Shown in pieces: positions 51,866 through 61,994 of a DNA stretch of 64,000 nucleotides. The first letter of the stretch is position 1; each line of letters begins with the position of its first letter. The notes below the pieces were generated by a model. That model saw only the letters and a program-made list of their open reading frames with translations, ran no database searches and was not told the DNA's origin. This DNA is from Bacteroidales bacterium (lineage in GTDB: Bacteria; Bacteroidota; Bacteroidia; Bacteroidales; UBA3663): positions 5,127 to 69,126 of the forward strand of contig JAFWRO010000058.1 of assembly GCA_017519885.1 (NCBI GenBank). Direction: 5' to 3'. A program made the translations under genes and the position numbers.

Positions 51866-53173
51866 TTAATGATTGGCGCGGAATGCCTCGATACGTTCGG
51901 CAAATATAGGTTCCTGTTCGGGCTTGAAGAACGAAGTACAAACGCGAACACCTTGTTCGTGCGAACCCATTGTGTCGAGCGGATAGACGGCAATGCCGTA
52001 GTACATCAGTTCGCGGGTGAGTTGCAGGTCGGTCATACCGGGATACTGAACGGTAAAATAGAAACCATCGGCCAACGGTTCGCCCATATCGTTGTCATAA
52101 ACGAGATAGAATCCATTAGAAAGGAGCACCTTCTTGAGGAAGGCTGCACGACGACCGTATTCCTTCACCTGATTGACGAAATCGAAACGTCCGTCGCATG
52201 CAGCATCCATCATAGCCGCCATACCATACTGAACACTGTGACAACATCCAGACGAAAGCGTGTAGATGACACGAGCATCAAGGAAACGGCCGAATTCAGC
52301 CACACCCATCAGATCTTTCAATGCCTGATACTTGCGATGGTAGAGGCCATCTGAGATGCAGCAGACGCCAATACGCTGACCTGCATACGAGAAAGCCTTC
52401 GATGCTGAAATGGTCATCACATAATTTTGCGTATATCGAGCCACTGTAGCCTGGTAAGGTGCCTCAAAAGGATGAGAAAGGTCGCGACGGAAATCCATGG
52501 CGAAGTATGCCAGATCCTCCAGCACGACTACGTCATGCTTGGTGGCAAGTTCTCCAATGCCTTTCAACTCCTCTTCGGTGAAACACACCCATGTGGGATT
52601 ATTCGGATTGCTATAGACAATGCCGGCAATATTACCTTGCGAGAGCATCTCATCAAGTTTCTCAATCAACTTCGGACCGCGATAATCGTGGATATCAAGT
52701 CCTATCGGCTTCAGGCCAATCACCTTACACTGGTCGGTCTGAACCGGGAAGCCGGGATGAATGAAAAGAATCGAGTCGCGCTCAGGCATAGCAAGATGCA
52801 AAGTTGTAAAGACGGCAAATGTACCCTGCATCGAACCAACCGTGGCAATACAACCTTCCGGTTTCAAATCGACGCCAATGAAGGCCTTGATAAATCGGGA
52901 GGCTGCATTCTTGAGCGGAGCGATACCGGCATTGGGCGGATAGATGGCCGCACAACCCTCGTCGAGCGCCTTTTTCTCGGCATCCATACCGATTTGTGAA
53001 GGCTTCAAACCGGGTACACCCATCTCCAAGTGAATGAACGGCTGGCCCGTCTTCTTTTCGAGCGTACCAGCAAGACTTGCGATGTCGCGAATAGTGGCAC
53101 CGCTGAAATCACCAAGACGCATCGATTCGATCGTCTCGGTCACAATCTGATAATCTAATGGGGTTTGGATCAT
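51866..53173 (-). CDS. PLP-dependent aminotransferase (class I/II fold)
   Basis: NPNNPTW, and SASKAFSYAGQRIG (Schiff-base Lys). Last gene of the ior/paaK operon. Confidence 0.8.
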   Translation of the reverse strand: MIQTPLDYQIVTETIESMRLGDFSGATIRDIASLAGTLEKKTGQPFIHLEMGVPGLKPSQIGMDAEKKALDEGCAAIYPPNAGIAPLKNAASRFIKAFIGVDLKPEGCIATVGSMQGTFAVFTTLHLAMPERDSILFIHPGFPVQTDQCKVIGLKPIGLDIHDYRGPKLIEKLDEMLSQGNIAGIVYSNPNNPTWVCFTEEELKGIGELATKHDVVVLEDLAYFAMDFRRDLSHPFEAPYQATVARYTQNYVMTISASKAFSYAGQRIGVCCISDGLYHRKYQALKDLMGVAEFGRFLDARVIYTLSSGCCHSVQYGMAAMMDAACDGRFDFVNQVKEYGRRAAFLKKVLLSNGFYLVYDNDMGEPLADGFYFTVQYPGMTDLQLTRELMYYGIAVYPLDTMGSHEQGVRVCTSFFKPEQEPIFAERIEAFRANH

Positions 53174-53195
53174 AGAGAGTTAATTTAAAGAAAGA

Positions 53196-53235
53196 ATCTA
53201 GAGGCTCTAGATGCTATAAGAGCTATAGTACTATT
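53196..53235. repeat. family D spacer repeat, instance D3, with the 17-bp palindrome ATCTAGAGGCTCTAGAT
   Basis: atctagaggctctagatgctataagagctatagtactatt. Confidence 0.8.
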
Positions 53236-54552
53236 TTATTTCCAATCCTTGAAGTTACGCTTGTCATTGACATGCTTGGCCTTGCCCGACGAACGTTCGA
53301 TGGCTCCTGGAGGCAGGATATGGATGTTGGGTTTGATGCCTACCATACTTACGATGCGATCGTAAAGCGGCTTGATATATGGCATCTGCTTGGCAGGATT
53401 GGGCGAGAAGAACTCGGTACGAAGTTCAACGTCGAGGTCGAACGTATCCTCGTTGTTCTTGCGATCGACAGTGATGAAGTACTGTGGTGTATAAACAGGA
53501 AACTCGGTGAGAATCGTCTCGATCTGGCTTGGGAAGACGTTGACACCACGAATGATGAGCATGTCGTCCGAACGGCCCAGAATCTTGCCCAGACGCACGG
53601 CTGTACGTCCGCACTTGCACTTCTCATAAATCAGATGTGTGAGGTCGCGCGTACGATAGCGAATCATCGGCATACCCTCCTTGCAGAGTGAAGTGAAGAC
53701 CAGTTCACCCTCCTCGCCCTGATGAACAGGCTTAAGGGTATCTGGATCGATGATTTCAGGTAGGAACATATCTTCCCAAACGTGCGTACCGTCTTGATAC
53801 TCACATTCGCCACCTACACCAGGGCCGCACATTTCGGTGAGGCCATAGATGTCGATAGCCTTGATGCCAAATCGTTTCTCCAGTTCGCGACGAATACCCC
53901 ACGTCCAAGGTTCAGCACCGAAGAAACCGACACGAAGCTTCAGGTCACGAGCGCTCATGCCCATCTCGGTCATCACTTCGGCCAAACGGAGCGCGTAGGA
54001 AGGTGTACAAGCCATGGCTGTCGTGCCAAAGTCCTTCATCAGCATAAGTTGCTTCTTGGAATTACCAGCAGATGTAGGCAACTGGATGGCACCAAGTCTC
54101 TTTACTCCATCATGTACACCAAGGCCTCCGGTGAAAAGTCCGTATCCGTAGCAGACCTGAACGACATCACCCGGACCAACATCACCTACCGACATTACGC
54201 GAGCCACACATTCGGCCCACATGTCAAGGTCAGCCTCAGTATAAGTACCGACAACAGGTTTACCAGTAGTTCCCGATGAGGCATGGATACGACGAATCTT
54301 CTCCATTGGAACAGCTTGGAGGCCGAAAGGATATTCATCACGAAGGTCGTACTTGGTCGTAAACGGCAATTTGGTGATGTCGTCCACACCTTTGATGTCT
54401 TCGGGTTTGACACCCATCTCGTCCATCTTACGCTTGTAGAAAGGTACGGTTTCGTAGCACCGTTTTACGGTAGCCACAAGACGCTCACTTTGGAGTTTAC
54501 TCATCGACTCACGGTCCATGCACTCCATCGCTGGATTGTAAATTCTTGGCAT
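53236..54552 (-). CDS. phenylacetate-CoA ligase family protein (PaaK-like), copy 1
   Basis: IHASSGTTGKPV (AMP-binding P-loop), YGLTE, and RTRD...SDDMLIIRGVNVFP. Confidence 0.85.
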   Translation of the reverse strand: MPRIYNPAMECMDRESMSKLQSERLVATVKRCYETVPFYKRKMDEMGVKPEDIKGVDDITKLPFTTKYDLRDEYPFGLQAVPMEKIRRIHASSGTTGKPVVGTYTEADLDMWAECVARVMSVGDVGPGDVVQVCYGYGLFTGGLGVHDGVKRLGAIQLPTSAGNSKKQLMLMKDFGTTAMACTPSYALRLAEVMTEMGMSARDLKLRVGFFGAEPWTWGIRRELEKRFGIKAIDIYGLTEMCGPGVGGECEYQDGTHVWEDMFLPEIIDPDTLKPVHQGEEGELVFTSLCKEGMPMIRYRTRDLTHLIYEKCKCGRTAVRLGKILGRSDDMLIIRGVNVFPSQIETILTEFPVYTPQYFITVDRKNNEDTFDLDVELRTEFFSPNPAKQMPYIKPLYDRIVSMVGIKPNIHILPPGAIERSSGKAKHVNDKRNFKDWK

Positions 54553-54591
54553 TTTGCTGAAATAATGAGAATAAGAAATAGATATTAATAA

Positions 54592-55011
54592 TTAACGAAA
54601 GTCTGCCTCAGTGAGGAAGCCGATCTTCTTGATAGTTATAATCTCTTTGGCCTTCTCGCTTGGATTGGTACGCATGACAAGCACACCTTTACCCTTCCAA
54701 AGGAAAGAATACATGTAGAGGATGCCGACGCCCTCGGAAGAAAGCATTTTGACAGCCTCGGCAGCCTGACCGGGTGTATCGTCGATGCTCAAGGCAAAGA
54801 CATCGGCCAACTGCACATTGATGCCATTCTCGCGAAGGAGAAGGTAGGCCTGTGTAGGTTGATCACAGAGGACACGATAGATACCGTAGTCCTTGGTATC
54901 GGCGATGGTGGAGGCTATAATCTGGATGTTGGCCTTACTCAAAAGGTCGAGAACGCGGATAAGTGTTCCACTCTTGTTCTCAATGAATATAGAAAGTTGT
55001 TTGATGGTCAT
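54592..55011 (-). CDS. ACT-domain (small-ligand-binding) protein
   Basis: Two beta-alpha-beta-beta-alpha-beta units (QLSIFIENKSGTL..., ALSIDDTPGQAAE...). Confidence 0.8.
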   Translation of the reverse strand: MTIKQLSIFIENKSGTLIRVLDLLSKANIQIIASTIADTKDYGIYRVLCDQPTQAYLLLRENGINVQLADVFALSIDDTPGQAAEAVKMLSSEGVGILYMYSFLWKGKGVLVMRTNPSEKAKEIITIKKIGFLTEADFR

Positions 55012-55016
55012 GGGAC

Positions 55017-55052
55017 AACAATTTTTAATTGTTAATTATTAATTGTTAATTC
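55017..55052. repeat. family A spacer repeat, instance A8 (inside the operon)
   Basis: acaacaatttttaattgttaattattaattgttaattc. Confidence 0.9.
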
Positions 55053-56387
55053 TCATTGATATACTTTGCGCTTATCGACGACTCTCACAGCCTTGCCTTC
55101 GCTGACGGGAAGAGAGCCCTTGGGCACTAGCTTGACATGAGGCGTGAGGAGAATCTCGTCCTTGAGGGCACGACGAATACGCTTCTCGAGATCGAGCAGA
55201 CGTGAGAAGTCATCGGTGAAGAGTTCTTCGAGTTCGACTTCAACAAGCATGTTGTCATTGTCAGCATCAGAGGTAAGCGTAATGAGGTAATTGCTGGCGA
55301 GTTCGGGGAACTGCATCAGAATCTTCTCAATCTGGATCGGGAAGATGTTGACACCACGAAGCACGATCATATCATCAGAACGTCCTCTCATACGATCGAT
55401 ACGAATGTGATTGCGTCCGCAGGCACAAGTGCGACCCAGCACGCGGGTGAGGTCACGTGTGCGATAGCGAATCAGTGGCATAGCCTCGCGACAGATGGAG
55501 GTGAGAATAAGTTCGCCAATCTCTCCATCGGGAACAGGCTCCAACGTCTCGGGATCAACGATTTCGACAATATAGTAGTCTTCCCAGAAATGCAGACCAT
55601 TCTGTTCCTTGCATTCGAAACCTACGCCCGGTCCACACATCTCCGACATGCCGAACGAGTTGTATGCCTTCACACCAAGCATGTTCTCGATGCGTTGGCG
55701 CTGCTCCTCAGAGTGTGGTTCTGCGCCGATGGCAAGCACCTTGAGCTTGGTATCTTTTCGTGGATCAACACCCTGTTCCTGCATGACTTCGTATAGACGG
55801 GTCACATAGCTTGGCACAGCATGAAGCGCTGTGGTACCAAAATCGCGAATGAACTTGATCTGACGAAGCGAATTACCAGCAGCAGCAGGAACAGTAAGCA
55901 TACCCAGACGTTCAGCGCCATACTGGAAGCCAAGTCCTCCTGTGAACATACCATAGCCCGATGAGTTCTGGAAGACATCTTCAGGACGCAAGCCCACCAT
56001 CCAAAGGTTGCGAGCGACCTGGTTGGCCCATTCGTCAAGGTCATTCTGCGTATGGAGAATGACGGTGGGATTGCCTGTCGTTCCGCTCGACGAATGCAGA
56101 CGTACACAATCCTTCAAAGGCACACACGCCAAACCGAAGGGATAGTTCTCGCGCAAGTCCTGCTTGGTCGTGAAAGGTAGTTTGCGGACATCGGCCACAC
56201 AGGTAATGCTGTCGGGAGTGATGCCAGCCTCTTCGAGACGTTGCTTGTAGATTGGATTCTTCATGCAACGTGCGATAGTTTCTTTCAGGCGCTCGACCTG
56301 AAGCGCTTCGATTTGCTCACGGGTCATGCATTCGTGTTCTTGGTCAAAGAACTCGCATGAATTATCGGGTACGGGAAATTTGCTCAT
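55053..56387 (-). CDS. phenylacetate-CoA ligase family protein (PaaK-like), copy 2
   Basis: LHSSSGTTGNPT, FGMSE, and RTRD...SDDMIVLRGVNIFP. Confidence 0.85.
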   Translation of the reverse strand: MSKFPVPDNSCEFFDQEHECMTREQIEALQVERLKETIARCMKNPIYKQRLEEAGITPDSITCVADVRKLPFTTKQDLRENYPFGLACVPLKDCVRLHSSSGTTGNPTVILHTQNDLDEWANQVARNLWMVGLRPEDVFQNSSGYGMFTGGLGFQYGAERLGMLTVPAAAGNSLRQIKFIRDFGTTALHAVPSYVTRLYEVMQEQGVDPRKDTKLKVLAIGAEPHSEEQRQRIENMLGVKAYNSFGMSEMCGPGVGFECKEQNGLHFWEDYYIVEIVDPETLEPVPDGEIGELILTSICREAMPLIRYRTRDLTRVLGRTCACGRNHIRIDRMRGRSDDMIVLRGVNIFPIQIEKILMQFPELASNYLITLTSDADNDNMLVEVELEELFTDDFSRLLDLEKRIRRALKDEILLTPHVKLVPKGSLPVSEGKAVRVVDKRKVYQ

Positions 56388-56408
56388 TATAAATATTTAT
56401 TAGGGGAA

Positions 56409-56444
56409 AATACTATAGAGACTATAATTACTATAGTAACTATG
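56409..56444. repeat. family D spacer repeat, instance D4 (inside the operon)
   Basis: aatactatagagactataattactatagtaactatg. Confidence 0.85.
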
Positions 56445-56458
56445 ATTTCTAAAAAAGA

Positions 56459-57034
56459 CTATCCAACCGCAGCGACACCAGCATCGAAAGCCTTCAAATT
56501 GGCTTCAACAATGGCCTCACCCTTGCGTTCGAAGACACGGGCAACGGCGCTGCGCAATTCATCGGTTGAAAGAATGCCGATATAAGGAGCGGCCATACCA
56601 AGCAGTACAACATTGGCTGAACGCACGGTAGCCACCTCCTTGGCAATCTGTTCGATGTCCAATTTGGCCACCTTGGGAAGTTTGGCCAATTCGGCATCAA
56701 TGGCCGATGATTCGGGATAGTTGGGAATATTGACAAACGACTGGCTGGATGTCACTACTGCACCATCCTTGCTGAGATAAGGCAGGTAACGCAGCGCCTC
56801 CATAGGCTCCATCGAAATGATGACATCGGCCTCTCCCATCGGAATGAGATCGGAATAGATGACATCAGTCGAAAGGCGCAGGTTGGATTGCACATCACCG
56901 CCACGTTGACTCATACCGTGTACCTCAGCCTGTTTCAGATTCAAACCAGCTGCAGTGGCCGCTTCGCCTATGATAGTAGCAATGGAGAGGATGCCTTGTC
57001 CTCCCACACCGCAAAGAATAATGTCTTTCTTCAT
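56459..57034 (-). CDS. iorB: indolepyruvate:ferredoxin oxidoreductase, beta subunit
   Basis: ILCGVGGQGILS N-terminus, 191 aa, 6 nt after iorA. Confidence 0.85.
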   Translation of the reverse strand: MKKDIILCGVGGQGILSIATIIGEAATAAGLNLKQAEVHGMSQRGGDVQSNLRLSTDVIYSDLIPMGEADVIISMEPMEALRYLPYLSKDGAVVTSSQSFVNIPNYPESSAIDAELAKLPKVAKLDIEQIAKEVATVRSANVVLLGMAAPYIGILSTDELRSAVARVFERKGEAIVEANLKAFDAGVAAVG

Positions 57035-57040
57035 AATAAT

Positions 57041-58651
57041 TTATTGTTTGCGTGCGGCAGCCTTCTGACGAGCATGGCGTGCCAGTGTCTGAATACATTC
57101 ACGACGCGGGATAATAACCGATACGTCGGGATAAGCAATCTCTTCGTGGATCAGCGCCTTGATCTCCTCTACCTTGGTAGGTTGCGGAACGATGACACGC
57201 ACGTGAGCTGGATCGACGCCCAAGGCGACACAGATAGCCTCGTACTTGCTGGTTCCGGCCGAATCCTGACCACCAGTCATGCCTGTTGTGAGGTTGTCGC
57301 TGATGACTACTACAATGTTCGAATGGTCGTTGACGGCATCGAGCAATCCGGTCATGCCCGAATGAGTAAAGGTGGAGTCGCCAATGATGGCAATCGAAGG
57401 ATGAACGCCAGCATCGGCAGCACCCTTGGCCATCGTAATCGAAGCACCCATATCGACACACGAATCGATAGCAGTAAATGGCGGAAGTGCGCCGAGGGTA
57501 TAGCATCCGATATCGCCAAAGACACGTGCCTTGTCGCCAAACTCAGCAACGACTTCGCGAATGGCATTATACACGTCACGATGTCCACATCCCTGGCAGA
57601 ACTGTGGTGGACGGCCTGCAAGCACAGGACTTGGGTCATATACCTTATTGCTTTCTACACCCAATGCCTTGGCTACATTATCGGGATTGAGTTCGCCTGT
57701 TCGTGGAAGGGCTCCTGTCAGACGACCATACACGGGATAATCGGCTCCGAGCATGCCACGGACAAGTTCTTCGACCACAAGTTGTCCATCCTCTACTACA
57801 AGCAGATTCTCTGATACTGCAGCGAGTGCCACGATGTCCTTCTCGGGGAGTGGATATTGCGAAACCTTGAGAACGTTCATCTTATCTCCCACGGCTTCCT
57901 TCACATAGTTATAACCGATACCGCAACAGATGACGCCGGTCTTGTTTTCGGGTTCGTCCTCACAAAGTTCCAGGCGATTGAACTCGCTCTCGGCTGCTGC
58001 TTCGGCAATGAAGGGCTGCTTCTCGATGAGGGCAGCATACTGACGCTTGGCATTACCCGGAAGGAGCACCCAATGTGTACGGTCGGTCTCAGGACACAGT
58101 TCATTCTCAGCCTTTGGTTCATGAATCTCGACAGCTGCACGCGAATGGGCAAGACGTGTCACGACACGCATCAAGACAGGTTCCTTCAAACGTTCGCTCA
58201 ACGCGAAGGCTTCCTCTACCATATCGTAAGCCTCCTGCTGGTTAGATGGTTCAAAGACTGGAATCATGGCAAACTTGCCGTAGAAACGCGAATCCTGTTC
58301 GTTCTGACTGGAATGCATCGAAGGATCATCGGCAGCCAAAACGATAAGACCACCATTGCAACCGGTAATGGCAGAATTGACAAACGCATCGGCACATACA
58401 TTCATGCCGACATGCTTCATGCAGACCAACGCGCGCTTGCCTGCATACGACATGCCGAGCGCTGCCTCCATGGCCGTCTTTTCATTGGTACACCAACGTG
58501 AATGAACATTGCGTTCACGGGCCAATTTATCGCCCTGAATAAACTCCGTGATTTCTGTGGATGGGGTTCCTGGGTATGCATATACACCGGAGAGTCCAGC
58601 ATGCAATGCACCCAATGCGATAGCCTCATCACCTAATAGAAGCCTTTTCAT
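57041..58651 (-). CDS. iorA: indolepyruvate:ferredoxin oxidoreductase, alpha subunit
   Basis: LLGDEAIALGA..AG....YAYPGTPSTE. TPP motif GDSTFTHSGMTGL. CQGCGH cluster motif. Confidence 0.9.
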   Translation of the reverse strand: MKRLLLGDEAIALGALHAGLSGVYAYPGTPSTEITEFIQGDKLARERNVHSRWCTNEKTAMEAALGMSYAGKRALVCMKHVGMNVCADAFVNSAITGCNGGLIVLAADDPSMHSSQNEQDSRFYGKFAMIPVFEPSNQQEAYDMVEEAFALSERLKEPVLMRVVTRLAHSRAAVEIHEPKAENELCPETDRTHWVLLPGNAKRQYAALIEKQPFIAEAAAESEFNRLELCEDEPENKTGVICCGIGYNYVKEAVGDKMNVLKVSQYPLPEKDIVALAAVSENLLVVEDGQLVVEELVRGMLGADYPVYGRLTGALPRTGELNPDNVAKALGVESNKVYDPSPVLAGRPPQFCQGCGHRDVYNAIREVVAEFGDKARVFGDIGCYTLGALPPFTAIDSCVDMGASITMAKGAADAGVHPSIAIIGDSTFTHSGMTGLLDAVNDHSNIVVVISDNLTTGMTGGQDSAGTSKYEAICVALGVDPAHVRVIVPQPTKVEEIKALIHEEIAYPDVSVIIPRRECIQTLARHARQKAAARKQ

Positions 58652-58696
58652 ATAAAATATTATTTATTTAAAAGGAAAATTGGTTTCAATTGGGCG

Positions 58697-58704
58697 CAAA
58701 GATA
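58697..58704 (-). promoter_or_regulatory. -7 box TATCTTTG for the iorA operon
   Basis: 46 nt upstream of the ATG at 58651. Confidence 0.6.
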
Positions 58705-58766
58705 ATCATTTTTTTAGTATTTGCGAAAAAATACTTGCTTTTTTTTCGTCATTCATGTATTTTTTG

Positions 58767-58774
58767 TATATTTG
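58767..58774 (+). promoter_or_regulatory. -7 box TATATTTG for the thioesterase gene
   Basis: 42 nt upstream of the ATG at 58816. Confidence 0.55.
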
Positions 58775-58815
58775 CGCCGAAAAAACTGGTTTATCATACA
58801 AAAAACGATACTGAA

Positions 58816-59229
58816 ATGACTCTTTTAGAACGACTCAACGCGACCGATCGCTTTGCGAAAACCAATGGAATCCAACTCACCGAAATCCGCGAAGGTTATG
58901 CCAAGGCCGAAATGACCGTCGAAGAACGACACCTCAATGGTGGCAACGTATGCCAAGGGGGCGCCATCTTCACATTGGCTGACCTTGCTATCGCAGCTGT
59001 AATGAACTCACATGGACAACTCACATTGGGCATCGAGAACCAGGTTACCTACGTCTCGTCAGCCTTGTTGGGTGACCATCTCATCGCCGAAGCCGTGGAG
59101 ACAGTCAACCACAAGAAGATTCCCTTTGCACAAGTGACCATAAAAAAAGCGACAGGCGAAATCGTCGCTTCATGCACCGCTCTCGCCTATCGCAAACAAG
59201 CGCCAATGGAATATGACGCGCTGATGTAA
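58816..59229 (+). CDS. PaaI-family hotdog-fold thioesterase
   Basis: Start moved to MTLLERLN. NGGNVCQGGAIFTLADLA motif. Confidence 0.8.
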   Translation: MTLLERLNATDRFAKTNGIQLTEIREGYAKAEMTVEERHLNGGNVCQGGAIFTLADLAIAAVMNSHGQLTLGIENQVTYVSSALLGDHLIAEAVETVNHKKIPFAQVTIKKATGEIVASCTALAYRKQAPMEYDALM

Positions 59230-59234
59230 TAAAA

Positions 59235-60797
59235 TTACTTATAGCATTCGAAGATCTTATCGACCTTGTCTTTCTTCAGCTTCGGTGTGAAGAAAGATAC
59301 GACGGGCACAACAATAAAGCCACCTACCATAGCTACAGCGCCACAGTCAATCGGGTTAAGAATAGCATTGCCAGTCAACATATTTACCAAGGTCAGACCA
59401 ACACCCCACACGAAGCAAGCCCAAACCGCTGCCGGTGTGACTCCACGCCAATAAAGGCCATAGAGGAACGGAGCGAGGAAAGCGCCAGCCAATGCGCCCC
59501 ACGAGATACCCATCAACTGGGCAATGAACTGGGGAGGGTTGAGGGCAATCATCAGCGAGATGACAATGAAGAACACGATAAGCACACGCATGATGACCAC
59601 CTTACGACGCTCAATCTTCTCCGCAATCATATCATCAATTTCGCCTTCGCGCACCTCATCATCAGTCGATTTCTTGTCACGATAGATGAGGTCGAGCGTC
59701 ATGGTTGACGAAGAAGTGAGCACCAGCGAGGCCAGGGTTGACATCGAGGCAGAGAGCACGAGGAGCACAACCAAAGCGATGAGTGCATCGGGAAGGGTTT
59801 CGAGCATCGATGGGATGATGTTGTCATAGACGAACTTGCCGCGCTCGGCATTGAAGGCAGTTGGCACAAACAGACGTCCGAAACCACCTAAGAAATAGCA
59901 GCCACCAGCTACGATGAAGGCGAAGATAGTCGAGATGATCGTACCACGACGGATAGCTCCCTCGTCGGAAATCGAGTAGAACTTACCTACCATCTGCGGG
60001 AGGCCCCACGTACCGAGCGAAGTGAGCACAACCACACCGATCAAACTCATTACATTCGGTCCAAACCATGAAGCAAAATCACCAGCCTTGAAATTGGCAT
60101 ACAGACCAGCCTTATCATGAGCAAGGTCATCGGCATTGGGCATTTGCATTGCCATCTTGTGCATGGCCTCGGCCAATCCACCCTGATGATTGATGACCAC
60201 GGCAATGACCGTAGTGATACCCAGCAGCATGATGATGCCCTGGATAAAGTCATTGATGGCCGTTGCCTTGTATCCACCCAAGATTACATAGCATGCCGTC
60301 AGGATAGCCATGATCCACGCACAATAGGTATAAGGGATGCCAAAGCCCATCTCGAACAACTTCGAGATGCCCATGTAAACACCAGCTGTATAAGGAATCA
60401 GGAAGACAAATGCGATGATCGAAGCAGCCACACGCAACCCTTGGTTACGGTAACGTGTACCAAAGAAGTCGGGCATGGTGCGCGACTGGATATGCTGGGT
60501 CATCAACTTTGTACGACGTCCCAAGATGAGCCACGCCAACAGTGAACCGATAATGGCATTGCCTACACCAATCCAAGAGGAAGCCAAACCATACTTCCAA
60601 CCGAATTGTCCTGCATAACCCACGAAAACGACTGCCGAGAAATACGATGTTCCATAGGCAAATGCAGTAAGCCAACCTCCGACATTTCGACCACCCAACA
60701 CAAAGCCATCGACAGAACGTGCCTGCTTACGGCTGTAAATTCCTACGCCAATGGTGATGGCGAAGAAAAGAATCGTAAGAAGAATTTTAATAAACAT
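59235..60797 (-). CDS. sodium:solute symporter (SSS) family transporter
   Basis: 520 aa, ~13 TM. N-terminus ...FVLGGRNVGGWLTAFAYGTSYFSA is typical of SSS (PanF/PutP/ActP relatives). Confidence 0.85.
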   Translation of the reverse strand: MFIKILLTILFFAITIGVGIYSRKQARSVDGFVLGGRNVGGWLTAFAYGTSYFSAVVFVGYAGQFGWKYGLASSWIGVGNAIIGSLLAWLILGRRTKLMTQHIQSRTMPDFFGTRYRNQGLRVAASIIAFVFLIPYTAGVYMGISKLFEMGFGIPYTYCAWIMAILTACYVILGGYKATAINDFIQGIIMLLGITTVIAVVINHQGGLAEAMHKMAMQMPNADDLAHDKAGLYANFKAGDFASWFGPNVMSLIGVVVLTSLGTWGLPQMVGKFYSISDEGAIRRGTIISTIFAFIVAGGCYFLGGFGRLFVPTAFNAERGKFVYDNIIPSMLETLPDALIALVVLLVLSASMSTLASLVLTSSSTMTLDLIYRDKKSTDDEVREGEIDDMIAEKIERRKVVIMRVLIVFFIVISLMIALNPPQFIAQLMGISWGALAGAFLAPFLYGLYWRGVTPAAVWACFVWGVGLTLVNMLTGNAILNPIDCGAVAMVGGFIVVPVVSFFTPKLKKDKVDKIFECYK

Positions 60798-60868
60798 AAC
60801 GAGATAATATTCAAAAAACGCGAGAAGAATAATTCTCTAATTCGATAATTCGTGATAAAAGACAATGA

Positions 60869-61966
60869 TCAGAAAGCAACCTGCATCTGGATCTGTACAC
60901 GGCTGCAAGCATCGTCAATCCATGCAGTGTTCAAGCCATCGGTCCACGATGATGCCCAGGTATATTGCAACTGGAAACGGCATTTGGTGAAGAACCAATA
61001 CTGCAGACCAGCAATGACCTCCGTACGTTCACGGTCGAAGCCTTTGGCATAATCGAAGTAGTCGAACGAAGCCACCATGTCAAGTTGTCCGGCCAAAGGA
61101 ATAGTGGATGTCACGTATCCACCCCAAGAATTGGTCTTTCCATCACGACCACCCAGTACTTCGCCACGCACCGACCAACTGCGATTCTTCCAATAGTCGT
61201 TGCTGCCATCCTTATATTCAACTCCAGCTGTCCAACGATCCCTGCGATAAATCTCACCTTGTGCGATGGCATTCTCGACGGGGATATACACCGACATTGG
61301 AACCAAAGCAGTGCCATAACCCTTTTGGCCAGAAACCACAAAACGCAGACCATCAACAGGACGATAATCAAGTTTCACAATCACGTTCTTTCGGTTGTCG
61401 GGATCCTTGGCATTGACACCGCGACCATTCAGGAACTCAAGGTTATAGAAGAGTTTGCCATCGAAAAGTTGACCAAAGAGATCAATACCCAGGTCACGAC
61501 CATAGTTGATGCCAAAGAGTGGATCAGAGCCGCATCCCGTGAGATAAGTGACACTCTGCGAGCAGACATCTACTGTCTCCAAGACGACTGGAGAAAGAGG
61601 GTTCTCCATCGAGAGCTGGTTCTTGAACTGTCCGAAACGGATGGTCAGTTCATTGCCTTTGGTGACACGATAATCCGTGTAGAACTCCTGCACCTGACTG
61701 TTGAAGTCGTGCATGAAGAGGAACGACCAACGGTCGGTGATACGAGCCTTGGCCCAAAGCAACGTACGCTTCACGTCCCAGGTGTTACTGTTGCGCCCAT
61801 CATAATTCATATAGGTATAGCCCGCCTGGGCATAACCATTGAGGGTGATGCGGCTTTTCAGTTCCTGCGACCAGTAATTGAGATCCTTTTGCTCCTGAGC
61901 ATGGAGCGCTCCCGACGACAAAAGAACTGCCGTCAGGGCAATGAGATTTGAGAATTTAAAAGACAT
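60869..61966 (-). CDS. OprO/OprP-like outer-membrane porin
   Basis: Start moved to MSFKFSNLIALTAVLLSSGALHAQ. Alternating strands, FGQFK motif and C-terminal ...IQMQVAF. Confidence 0.6.
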   Translation of the reverse strand: MSFKFSNLIALTAVLLSSGALHAQEQKDLNYWSQELKSRITLNGYAQAGYTYMNYDGRNSNTWDVKRTLLWAKARITDRWSFLFMHDFNSQVQEFYTDYRVTKGNELTIRFGQFKNQLSMENPLSPVVLETVDVCSQSVTYLTGCGSDPLFGINYGRDLGIDLFGQLFDGKLFYNLEFLNGRGVNAKDPDNRKNVIVKLDYRPVDGLRFVVSGQKGYGTALVPMSVYIPVENAIAQGEIYRRDRWTAGVEYKDGSNDYWKNRSWSVRGEVLGGRDGKTNSWGGYVTSTIPLAGQLDMVASFDYFDYAKGFDRERTEVIAGLQYWFFTKCRFQLQYTWASSWTDGLNTAWIDDACSRVQIQMQVAF

Positions 61967-61994
61967 ATACACAAAGTTTAGTGACAGACGATAT

